Positions 1 through 8,296 are shown, counted from the first letter of the stretch. The stretch: 32,000 bases of DNA from Buchnera aphidicola (Therioaphis trifolii) (GCF_005080705.1 NZ_CP032996.1:90001-122000), one strand, 5' to 3'. Program-made: numbers and translations. Notes: a model not told the origin generated them from the sequence alone.

Positions 1-296
1 ATATTCATATTAATTCCATCAGTTGTAATAAAATCTATTATTGTACCATCTATGAATGGCATATCTGTTATTGGAATATATATTTTAATATTATTTTTTA
101 TATATATATAAGATTTATTTATTTCTTTTTGATTATTAATATTAATTAATAATAAATTATATTTAAATCCTGCACATCCAGATTTTTTTATATTAATTTT
201 TATTCCTATAGTATTTTTATTTTTATGTATTAAGTTTGTAAAATATTTTTGCGCTAATTTAGTTAATTTTATTCCAATCCATTTTTTAGAATTCAT
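1..296 (-). CDS. sufA: A-type iron-sulfur cluster carrier (HesB/IscA/SufA family). Only the N-terminal part is present; the 3' end runs off the window edge.
   Basis: Not in the ORF track because no stop lies in the window. The reverse complement from ATG (296-294) reads MNSKKWIGIKLTKLAQKYFTNLIHKNKNTIGIKINIKKSGCAGFKYNLLLIN...IPITDMPFIDGTIIDFITTDG. The GCAGF-Y and MPFIDGT--DF blocks match my recollection of E. coli SufA. Its position divergent from aroH fits sufA (ydiC) in Buchnera. The paralog assignment (sufA vs iscA/erpA) rests on synteny only. Confidence 0.6.
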   Translation of the reverse strand, partial: MNSKKWIGIKLTKLAQKYFTNLIHKNKNTIGIKINIKKSGCAGFKYNLLLININNQKEINKSYIYIKNNIKIYIPITDMPFIDGTIIDFITTDGINMN

Positions 297-506
297 ATGT
301 TATTAAATATATTAAATATTATATTTTAATTTGTATTTATTGTATCAAAAAATTATTTTTATATCAAAAATATATTTTTTAATATAAATATTTTTTATTT
401 TAAAGTATTTTTATTAAAATAATTATTCAATTTCATTATATATATTTAAATATATTAATATTTATTAATTTTAAAATAAATATTAAATTAAAATAAGGAA
501 ATTTAT

Positions 507-1553
507 ATGAAAAAAACAGATGAACTTCGTACATTACATATTGATCCCTTGGTTACTCCTTCGGATTTAGCAAAACGTTATCCTTTAACATCAAATATTA
601 TTGATAATGTTATATTAACAAGAAATCATATTGCTAATATTCTTACTGGTAAAGATAAACGTTTATTAGTTATAATTGGTCCTTGTTCAGTACATGATCC
701 AGATGCTGCTGTAGAATATGCAAGTCAATTATATACATTACGTAAAAAATATTCTTTTCAACTTGAAATTATTATGCGTACATATTTTGAAAAACCTAGA
801 ACTGTAGTTGGGTGGAAAGGATTAATTTCTGATCCTGATCTTGATAATAGTTTTAAAGTTAATCATGGACTTTCTGTAGCACGTAAATTACTTTTAGATA
901 TTAATAAAATAGGTATGCCAGCTGCTACAGAATTTTTAGATATTGTTATTGGTCAATTTATAGCAGATTTAATTAGTTGGGGTGCAATTGGCGCAAGAAC
1001 TACTGAGAGTCAAATTCATAGGGAAATGGCATCTTCTCTTTCTTGTCCAGTGGGTTTTAAAAATGGAACAGATGGTAATATTAATATTGCTATTGATGCA
1101 ATTCGTGCTGCTCAATCAAAGCATGTATTTTTTGCACCAAATAAAGATGGTCAAATGACTATTAATTATACTAGTGGAAATCCCTTTGCGCATATTATTA
1201 TGCGAGGTGGAAAAAATCCTAATTATCATGCTTATGATATTAAAAAAGCAGTAAAAAAATTAAAAAAATTTCAATTACCTGAATATTTAATGATTGATTT
1301 TAGTCATGGAAATTGTTTAAAACAACATAAAATGCAATGTCATGTTGCTGATTCAATTTGTAAACAAATTATAGATGGTACAAAAAATATTTCTGGTGTT
1401 ATGATTGAAAGTTTTTTAAAAGAAGGATCTCAAAATGTTGTTCCTAAAAAAGATTTAATATATGGTAAATCCATTACTGATCCATGTTTAGGGTGGGAAG
1501 ATACTAAATTAATTCTTGAACAGTTAGCTAAAGCTATTAATTATCGTTTATAA
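507..1553 (+). CDS. aroH: 3-deoxy-7-phosphoheptulonate (DAHP) synthase, class I
   Basis: 348 aa, the same length as E. coli AroH, with long identical blocks (KRLLVIIGPCS, MRTYFEKPRTVVGWKGLISDPDL, GQFIADLISWGAIGARTTESQIHREMAS, CPVGFKNGTDGN, SITDPCLGWEDT). AAGGA Shine-Dalgarno upstream; TAA stop. Confidence 0.95.
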   Translation: MKKTDELRTLHIDPLVTPSDLAKRYPLTSNIIDNVILTRNHIANILTGKDKRLLVIIGPCSVHDPDAAVEYASQLYTLRKKYSFQLEIIMRTYFEKPRTVVGWKGLISDPDLDNSFKVNHGLSVARKLLLDINKIGMPAATEFLDIVIGQFIADLISWGAIGARTTESQIHREMASSLSCPVGFKNGTDGNINIAIDAIRAAQSKHVFFAPNKDGQMTINYTSGNPFAHIIMRGGKNPNYHAYDIKKAVKKLKKFQLPEYLMIDFSHGNCLKQHKMQCHVADSICKQIIDGTKNISGVMIESFLKEGSQNVVPKKDLIYGKSITDPCLGWEDTKLILEQLAKAINYRL

Positions 1554-1560
1554 GTAAAAG

Positions 1561-1594
1561 ACCAGTCAAAATGACTGGTGTTTTTTGTTTTTTT
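1561..1594 (+). terminator. Rho-independent terminator of aroH
   Basis: Perfect 8-bp stem ACCAGTCA (1561-1568) / TGACTGGT (1572-1579) with an AAA loop, followed by G TTTTTT G TTTTTTT. It starts 8 nt after the aroH stop and is the only GC-containing segment of the aroH-thrS spacer. Confidence 0.8.
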
Positions 1595-1690
1595 ATTATT
1601 AATTTAATAATATATATTTAATTTAAAATGTATTACAATATTCTTATATAATTAATAAAATATGTTTAATTTTTTTTAAAAGGGTTTATA

Positions 1691-3604
1691 ATGCCTATTA
1701 TTACATTACCTAATGGAAAAAAAAAAATATATAAAAATGCAATTTCATTAGTAAAAGTAGTAGAGGATATTAAAATAGGATTTTCTAAATTTGTTGTTGG
1801 ATCGATTATTAATGGAAAATTTGTTGATATAAATTTTCATATAAATAAAAATTGTCATATTGATATTTTAACTAAATATGATATTAGATCAATTAATTTA
1901 TTTTCTTATTCATGTATGCAATTATTATCTTATTCATTAAAAAAAGTATGGAAAACATCAAAACTTGGAATTGGTAATATTAATAAAAATATATTTTATT
2001 GTGATATTGATCTTAATTATAAATTAAATAAACATGATATTATAATTTTAGAAAATGTGATGAAAAAATTAATTAAAAAAAAATATAATATTATATTTAA
2101 TAATATTTTATTTTCTGAATTAAAAAATATATTTTTATCTCAAAATGAATTATATAAATTATATTATATCAAGAAAAAATTTTTTAATAATAAATATGTA
2201 CCTATTTATTTACATGAAAATTTTTTAGATATATATTTAGGACCCCAAATTCCTAATATAAATTTTTGTTTACATTTTAAATTAAAAAATATTAAAATAA
2301 TATCTCGAGAATATGGTAGTTTAAATACAATATTTCAACGTATTTATGGTCAGGTATGGTTAAATAAAGAAATGATGTTAAGTGATTTAAATAAATTAAA
2401 AATTACAATGAAAAAAGATCATAGAAATCTTAATAAAAAAATGAATTTATATCATAAAGAAAAAGAATCTCCAGGTATGATATTTTGGCATCACAATGGA
2501 TCTATTATATTTAGAGAGTTAGAAAATTTTATTCGTGTTCAATTAAGAAAATGGAATTATGAAGAAGTAAAAACGCCATTTATGTTAAATCAATCATTAT
2601 GGAAACAAAGTGGTCATTTAGAAAATTTTTATTCTTCAATATTTTTTACAAAATCTGAAAATCAAATATATTGTATTAAACCAATGAATTGTCCTGCGCA
2701 TATAAAAATATTTAATAAATATTTACGATCATATAAAGATCTTCCATTACGTATAGCAGAATTTGGCATTTGTCATCGTAATGAAACATCTGGTTCATTA
2801 TATGGTTTACTTAGATTAAATAGTTTTACACAAGATGATGCACATATATTTTGTACTGAATATCAAGTTCAATCTGAAATTATGAATTGTATTAAAATAA
2901 TTATGGATTCTTATAAGATTTTTGGATTTAAAAATATTCATGTAAAGTTTTCAACTCGTCCTAGAAAACGAATTGGAAGTAATATTATTTGGGATAAAGC
3001 AGAATTAAGTTTAAAAAATGCATTAATTGATAGCAATATTATTTTTAAATGTCAAAAAGGTGAGGGTGCATTTTATGGACCAAAAATTGAATTTATCTTA
3101 GAAGATTGTTTAAATAGATTATGGCAATGTGGAACAATACAACTTGATTTTTATTTACCAGATCGTTTTGGATCATATTATATTGATAAAAATAATAATC
3201 GTAAAATGCCAATTATGATTCATCGTGCAATATTAGGTTCAATAGAACGATTTATTGGAATTTTATTAGAAGAATATTCAGGTAATTTACCAGTTTGGTT
3301 ATCTCCTATTCAGGTTATCATTATTAATGTAAATAGTAATCATAATCAATATGTTATAAATTTATTTAAGAAATTATTTCAATTAAATATTAGAGTAAAA
3401 TATGATATAAAAAATGAAAAAATTAATTCTAAAATAAGAAAATATATTATTTTAAAAATTCCATATATATTAATTTGTGGAGATAAAGAAATTAATATTA
3501 AAAAAGTTAGTGTACGTAATAGAAATAATAATGTTACTAAAATTATGAGTATTGATAATTTTATAAGAAAAATAAAATATGAAATAAAATACCATATTTT
3601 ATAA
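1691..3604 (+). CDS. thrS: Threonine--tRNA ligase (ThrRS)
   Basis: 637 aa and colinear with E. coli ThrRS (642 aa). The catalytic core is conserved (KPMNCPAH, FTQDDAHIFC, MIHRAILGS = Zn ligands Cys334/His385/His511; EGAFYGPKIEF; WQCGTIQLDF). The N-terminal editing domain is strongly diverged (see findings). Confidence 0.96.
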   Translation: MPIITLPNGKKKIYKNAISLVKVVEDIKIGFSKFVVGSIINGKFVDINFHINKNCHIDILTKYDIRSINLFSYSCMQLLSYSLKKVWKTSKLGIGNINKNIFYCDIDLNYKLNKHDIIILENVMKKLIKKKYNIIFNNILFSELKNIFLSQNELYKLYYIKKKFFNNKYVPIYLHENFLDIYLGPQIPNINFCLHFKLKNIKIISREYGSLNTIFQRIYGQVWLNKEMMLSDLNKLKITMKKDHRNLNKKMNLYHKEKESPGMIFWHHNGSIIFRELENFIRVQLRKWNYEEVKTPFMLNQSLWKQSGHLENFYSSIFFTKSENQIYCIKPMNCPAHIKIFNKYLRSYKDLPLRIAEFGICHRNETSGSLYGLLRLNSFTQDDAHIFCTEYQVQSEIMNCIKIIMDSYKIFGFKNIHVKFSTRPRKRIGSNIIWDKAELSLKNALIDSNIIFKCQKGEGAFYGPKIEFILEDCLNRLWQCGTIQLDFYLPDRFGSYYIDKNNNRKMPIMIHRAILGSIERFIGILLEEYSGNLPVWLSPIQVIIINVNSNHNQYVINLFKKLFQLNIRVKYDIKNEKINSKIRKYIILKIPYILICGDKEINIKKVSVRNRNNNVTKIMSIDNFIRKIKYEIKYHIL

Positions 3605-3625
3605 TTTTTTTTGGAGGAATAAAGT

Positions 3626-4165
3626 ATTAAATATAGTAAACGTATTTATTCAATTAAACATAATCGTATTAACGATGAAATTAAATCAAATGAAATTAGA
3701 TTAATTGGTGTAAATAATGAATTAATTGGAATTGTAAATTTAAATCAAGGCTTACAATATGCAAAAAAACTAAAATTAGATTTAGTAGAAATTAGTCCTA
3801 ATGCAAATCCTATAGTATGTCGTATAATGGATTATGGAAAATTTTTATATAAAAAAAGTAAAAATCTTAAAGAACAAAAAAAAAAACAAAAAATTATACA
3901 AATTAAAGAAGTTAAGTTTCGACCTAATACTGATATAGGGGATTATCAAGTTAAATTAAAACATTTAAATCGATTTTTAATGCAGGGACATAAAGTAAAA
4001 ATTACTTTAAGATTCCGAGGAAGAGAAATGGCGTATAAAAATCTTGGAATTGTAATGTTGAAAAGAATTCGGGATGATTTAAGTATTATATCATTTGTAG
4101 AATCATTCCCTTTAAAAATTGAAGGTCGTCAAATGATTATGATTTTATCTCCTAAAAAAAAATAA
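3626..4165 (+). CDS. infC: Translation initiation factor IF-3, with a non-canonical ATT (AUU) start
   Basis: The ORF track starts at ATG 3827 (112 aa), but the frame is open back to the TAA at 3620-3622. Codons 3626-3826 read [72 protein letters not shown], which aligns with the E. coli IF3 N-domain (..NRINGEIRAQEVRL...[21 protein letters not shown]). GGAGG at 3613-3617 lies 8 nt upstream of ATT 3626. An AUU start is the established hallmark of enterobacterial infC. Confidence 0.9.
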   Translation: MKYSKRIYSIKHNRINDEIKSNEIRLIGVNNELIGIVNLNQGLQYAKKLKLDLVEISPNANPIVCRIMDYGKFLYKKSKNLKEQKKKQKIIQIKEVKFRPNTDIGDYQVKLKHLNRFLMQGHKVKITLRFRGREMAYKNLGIVMLKRIRDDLSIISFVESFPLKIEGRQMIMILSPKKK

Positions 4166-4199
4166 TTTTTTATCATTTTTTAATTTATATGGTAATTTT

Positions 4200-4397
4200 A
4201 TGCCTAAAATGAAGACATTAAAAAGTGCTGTAAAACGTTTTAGAAGTACATCTTCTGGAGAATTTAAAAAAAAAAAATCTAATTTAAGACATATTTTAAC
4301 TAAAAAAACATCTCATCGAAAAAGACATCTTAGATCAAAAAATTTAGTTTCAAAATCAGATAAAAATCATGTTCGATTTTTTTTTCCATATATTTAA
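4200..4397 (+). CDS. rpmI: 50S ribosomal protein L35
   Basis: 65 aa starting [14 protein letters not shown].., the typical L35 N-terminus. It sits in the conserved infC-rpmI-rplT arrangement. Confidence 0.93.
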   Translation: MPKMKTLKSAVKRFRSTSSGEFKKKKSNLRHILTKKTSHRKRHLRSKNLVSKSDKNHVRFFFPYI

Positions 4398-4453
4398 TTT
4401 ATTATTCATATAATTATTATAATGATATGAAATATTTTTATTAAGAGGTTGAA

Positions 4454-4810
4454 ATGGCTCGTGTAAAACGGGGTGTAGTTGCTCATAAAAAACATAAAAA
4501 AATTTTGAAACAAGCAAAAGGATATTATGGAGCTCGATCACGTGTTTATCGTGTTGCAAAACAAGCTGTAATTAAATCTGGACAATATGCATATCGTGAT
4601 AGAAGACAAAAAAAAAGACAATTTAGAAAATTATGGATTTCTCGTATTAATGCTGCTGTTCGTTTACATGATATTTCATATAGTAATTTTATATTTGGTT
4701 TAAAAAAAAATAATATTCAAATTAATCGTAAAATATTATCAAATTTAGCTATTATGGATAATAATTCTTTTTCTTTTTTAGTAAAAAATATAAAAAATAG
4801 TATAAAATAA
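4454..4810 (+). CDS. rplT: 50S ribosomal protein L20
   Basis: 118 aa starting [41 protein letters not shown].., near-identical to the E. coli L20 N-terminus. GAGG Shine-Dalgarno upstream. Confidence 0.96.
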   Translation: MARVKRGVVAHKKHKKILKQAKGYYGARSRVYRVAKQAVIKSGQYAYRDRRQKKRQFRKLWISRINAAVRLHDISYSNFIFGLKKNNIQINRKILSNLAIMDNNSFSFLVKNIKNSIK

Positions 4811-4847
4811 TTTTTTTATTTTTTAATATAAAAATATATTTTAATAT

Positions 4848-4875
4848 AAGCTTCCTTTTTTTGGGAGCTTTTATT
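4848..4875 (+). terminator. Hairpin plus T-tract between rplT and pheS (terminator or remnant of the pheST attenuator)
   Basis: Stem AAGCTTCC (4848-4855) / GGGAGCTT (4863-4870), 8 bp including one U.G wobble that pairs only in the + strand RNA. The loop is T7, followed by TTATT. It is the only G/C island in the 88-nt spacer. Confidence 0.6.
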
Positions 4876-4898
4876 AGATAAAATATTTAGGTATAATT

Positions 4899-5918
4899 TT
4901 GAATAAATTAAAAATTTATTTTGATAAAATTCAATTTTTAAAAAATTTTGAATTAGAATTAAAACTTATTAAAACAAAAAATCAATTAAATATTTTAAAA
5001 ATTAAATATCTTGGAAAAAAGGGTTTAATTTCAAATTATATTAAAGAATTTAAGATTTTAGAATTAGAAAAACGTAAATATTTTTTAAAAAAAATTAATT
5101 ATGTAAAAAAATATATTAAAAATATTTTTGATAATGAAAGAATAAAATTTGATAATTTAGAGATAAATAAAAAAAATCGTTTTAAACAAATAGATATATC
5201 TTTGCCAGGACGTAAAAAAAAATTAGGTGCTATTCATCCTATTACAAGTTTTATTTATTATATTGAATCAATATTTTCTAAATTTGGTTTTAATATTATA
5301 AAAAATGGATTTGAAATAGAGCATCAATATTATAATTTTGATGCTTTAAATATACCTATTTCTCATCCTGCTCGTAATATGCAGGATACTTTTTGGTTTA
5401 ATTCAGATTTTTTATTAAGAACTCAAACTTCAAATATGCAAATTCATGAAATAAAAAAAAAAAAATTACCAATTAAAATTATTGTTCCTGGAAAAGTATA
5501 TCGTAAAGATTATGATCAAACTCATAGTCCAATGTTTTATCAAATTGAGGGTTTAATAATTGATAAAAATATTAATTTTTCACACTTAAAATGGATTATT
5601 AATATATTTTTAGATATTTTTTTTAATAAAAAAATGAAAATAAGATTTCGATCTTCTTATTTTCCTTTTACTATATTATCTTCTGAAGTAGATGTTATGG
5701 ATGAAAATAATACTTGGTTAGAAATATTAGGATGTGGTATGGTTCATCCTAATATTTTAAAACGATTTAATATTGATATTAATATATATTCTGGTTTTGC
5801 ATTTGGTATGGGAGTAGAAAGAATGATTATGTTATATTATGGAATAAATGATTTACGTTTATTTTTAAAAAATGATTTACGATTTTTAAAACAATTTAAA
5901 AAAAATAGGTATTTTTAA
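4899..5918 (+). CDS. pheS: Phenylalanine--tRNA ligase alpha subunit
   Basis: 339 aa with conserved blocks (YLGKKG, DISLPGR, FDALNIPISHPAR, LLRTQTS, PGKVYRKDYDQTHSPMFYQIEGL, FRSSYFPFT, EILGCGMVHPN, SGFAFGMGVERM, NDLRFLKQFK). TTG start at 4899. The stop overlaps the pheT ATG (TAATG). Confidence 0.95.
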   Translation: MNKLKIYFDKIQFLKNFELELKLIKTKNQLNILKIKYLGKKGLISNYIKEFKILELEKRKYFLKKINYVKKYIKNIFDNERIKFDNLEINKKNRFKQIDISLPGRKKKLGAIHPITSFIYYIESIFSKFGFNIIKNGFEIEHQYYNFDALNIPISHPARNMQDTFWFNSDFLLRTQTSNMQIHEIKKKKLPIKIIVPGKVYRKDYDQTHSPMFYQIEGLIIDKNINFSHLKWIINIFLDIFFNKKMKIRFRSSYFPFTILSSEVDVMDENNTWLEILGCGMVHPNILKRFNIDINIYSGFAFGMGVERMIMLYYGINDLRLFLKNDLRFLKQFKKNRYF

Positions 5919-8293
5919 TGAAATTAAGTGAACATTCTTTAAGAAATTGGATTGATACAAAATTATCTATTGAGGTGATTTGTGAACAAATTACTAATTC
6001 TGGATTAGAAGTTGAAGAAATTAAACTTAATATTAATAATTTTAAAAATATTTTTATTGGTGAAGTTATTTCATTTAAAATACATCCATATAATGATAAT
6101 TTATTAGTTTTAAAGGTTAATATTGGAAAAAAAATAATAAATATCATAAATAATAAAAATTATATTCAAAAAAATATAAAAGTATTAGTTGCTTGTATTG
6201 GTTCAGAAATTATTTATAATAAAAAAATTATATCATTAAATATTAAAGGAATAATATCTGAAGGTAAATTATGCACATTTCATGATATAGGAATATTTAA
6301 TAAAATAAATAAAATTATTAAATTACCTTTTTTTGCTCCAATTGGAATAGAGTTAAAAGATTTTAATTTTTATAAAGATAAAATAATTAAAATTAATACG
6401 ACTTTTAATAGAACTGATACATTTGGTGCTTTTGGAATTGCTAGAGAAGTAGCTATTTTAAATAATTTAGAATTTCCTAAATTAAAAAATATTAAAATAC
6501 CAATTAATTTTAAAAAAGATATTAAAATTTTGATAAATAAAAATATAAATTATAACTGTTTTGGTAGAATTATTAAAAATATTAATTTAAAAACAAAAAC
6601 TCCAATATGGATTAAAGAAAAATTAAGAAAATATCATATTAATAATGTTAATATTGTTGTTGATATTATTAATTATATATTTATAGAATTAGGACAATCT
6701 TTATATACGTTTAGTTTTTTAAATGATTTTGATAATATCAATGTATGTTTTTTAAAATCTCATATAATTTTAAAGAATAATAAAGATATTTATTTAAATG
6801 ATAAAATATTAATTTTAAAAAATAAAAATAAAATTTTATCATTATTGGGTAATATAGATTATAATTTGTTTCCTATAAATATTAATGAAAATAATTTATT
6901 TCTTGGTTCATTTTTTATTGATCCTAATATTTTAAATAATTCTATTTATCAATTTAAAATTAATAATAAAATAAAATTAAATGATTATTTTGTTGATCCG
7001 GAAAATCAACTTAAAGTTATTGAATATGCAACATATTTATTTTTAAAAATTTGTGGTGGTTATACTAGTAATATTACTAATATTCAATCAGAAAAATATT
7101 TTAAATATATAAATAGAGAAATAAAATTATATTATAAAAATATAATAAAAATTATAGGATTTAATATTTGTTATTATTTTATTGAAAATATTTTAAAGAA
7201 AATAGGATATACTTTTTTTAGAAAGAAAGATTTCTGGATTATTATTCCTCCATCTTGGAGATCTGATTTGTTATTTGAAGAAGATATATTATCTGATATA
7301 ATGAGAATATATCAATATGATAAAATTATATCTACTCCTTTAATCACTTATAATAATTTTGTTAAAGATGATATTTTAGAAAATTATTTAAAAAGAGTGA
7401 AATATACATTAGTTGATTTAGGATATTATGAAGTAATTAATTATAGTTTTATTGATCCTGATATTCAAAAAGTAATTTATCCAAATAAAAAATTTTTATT
7501 TTTACAAAATCCTATATCAAAAGATATGTCTTGTATGAGAATTTCACTTTGGCCTGGATTAATTAAAAATTTATTATATCATCAAAATCGTCAATATGAA
7601 GAAGTTTGTTTATTTGAAAGTGGTTTATGTTTTTTTCCTATTAAACAAAAAAAAAAATTTGTTAAACAAAATTTGTATTTTTCAGGAATTATTGGAAATT
7701 TAAATTATAAATATCACTGGGATGTTTCTGCAAAAAAATTTGATTTTTATGATTTAAAAGGTCATGTAGAATCAATTTTTGATTCTATAGGTTATTTAAA
7801 AAGTATTAAATTTAAAAAATCAATTATATCAGGTTTACATATTAGTAATAGTGTTGAAATTTTTTTTAATAATATATTTATTGGTTACATGGGTGAATTA
7901 GATCCATTTTTATTAAATTATTTTAATATAAATTATTCAACTTTTTTATTTGAAATATTTTGGTATAAAATACATTTTAAAAGATTAAATTTAATAAATA
8001 AAGTATCTGAATTTCCATATAGTAAAAGAGATATTTCAATTATTATTGATGAGAAAATATTAGTTGAAGATATAATTTTATTTTGTAAAAAACAGTTTAT
8101 TTCAGAAATAGTTAAAATTTATATAATTGATATATATACAGGAAATCCTATCGTAAAAGGAAAAAAAAGTGTTACTTTAACTTTTATTTTTCAAAGTATG
8201 TATAAAACATTTAAAGATATAGAAATTGATTATATGATTAATGATTGTGTTAAAAAAATATATTATAAATTTCATGCTATTTTAAGAATGTAA
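5918..8293 (+). CDS. pheT: Phenylalanine--tRNA ligase beta subunit
   Basis: 791 aa versus about 795 in E. coli. Recognisable blocks: MKLSE.SLRNW, ITNSGLEVEE, SEGKLC, NRTDTFG..GIAREVA, TPIW.KEKLR, PPSWR.DL..EEDI, EVINYSF.DP, MR.SLWPGL, LFESGL, DFYDLKG, FP...RDIS. Follows pheS as in the pheST operon. Confidence 0.94.
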   Translation: MKLSEHSLRNWIDTKLSIEVICEQITNSGLEVEEIKLNINNFKNIFIGEVISFKIHPYNDNLLVLKVNIGKKIINIINNKNYIQKNIKVLVACIGSEIIYNKKIISLNIKGIISEGKLCTFHDIGIFNKINKIIKLPFFAPIGIELKDFNFYKDKIIKINTTFNRTDTFGAFGIAREVAILNNLEFPKLKNIKIPINFKKDIKILINKNINYNCFGRIIKNINLKTKTPIWIKEKLRKYHINNVNIVVDIINYIFIELGQSLYTFSFLNDFDNINVCFLKSHIILKNNKDIYLNDKILILKNKNKILSLLGNIDYNLFPININENNLFLGSFFIDPNILNNSIYQFKINNKIKLNDYFVDPENQLKVIEYATYLFLKICGGYTSNITNIQSEKYFKYINREIKLYYKNIIKIIGFNICYYFIENILKKIGYTFFRKKDFWIIIPPSWRSDLLFEEDILSDIMRIYQYDKIISTPLITYNNFVKDDILENYLKRVKYTLVDLGYYEVINYSFIDPDIQKVIYPNKKFLFLQNPISKDMSCMRISLWPGLIKNLLYHQNRQYEEVCLFESGLCFFPIKQKKKFVKQNLYFSGIIGNLNYKYHWDVSAKKFDFYDLKGHVESIFDSIGYLKSIKFKKSIISGLHISNSVEIFFNNIFIGYMGELDPFLLNYFNINYSTFLFEIFWYKIHFKRLNLINKVSEFPYSKRDISIIIDEKILVEDIILFCKKQFISEIVKIYIIDIYTGNPIVKGKKSVTLTFIFQSMYKTFKDIEIDYMINDCVKKIYYKFHAILRM

Positions 8294-8296
8294 TTT

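Noticed and set aside
299-506. Short direct repeats (ATTAAATAT tandem at 302-319; TATCAAAAA at 343-351 and 362-370) in the sufA-aroH divergent spacer; also searched for a TrpR-type operator upstream of aroH
   Set aside because: The repeats are low-complexity A/T repeats of 9-10 nt without higher-order periodicity. No ACTAG-type Trp box is present. There is nothing to separate them from background.
1595-1690. Searched for the tRNA-Thr-like translational operator that precedes thrS in E. coli
   Set aside because: I could find no convincing stem-loops or anticodon-like loop in this AT-only leader. Absence cannot be proven by eye, so no claim is made either way.
3827-4165. ATG-initiated 112-aa version of infC from the ORF track
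   Set aside because: It would delete the conserved IF3 N-terminal domain, which is clearly encoded in frame upstream from ATT 3626 with a GGAGG RBS.
4356-4559. 67-aa ORF on the minus strand (ORF track)
   Set aside because: It lies antisense across the rpmI 3' end, the spacer and the rplT 5' end. It has no recognisable homology or RBS and low-complexity Asn/Ile/Lys/Phe content. Stop-poor antisense frames are expected in very AT-rich coding DNA.
4892-4897. Perfect TATAAT hexamer just upstream of pheS
   Set aside because: It ends 1 nt before the pheS TTG start, so it cannot be the pheS promoter -10. Such hexamers are abundant by chance at this base composition. I did not call sigma-70 promoters anywhere for the same reason.
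5896-6147. 83-aa ORF on the minus strand (ORF track)
   Set aside because: It is entirely antisense to the pheS/pheT junction and pheT 5' region, both of which have strong homology support. It has no motif and no Shine-Dalgarno.
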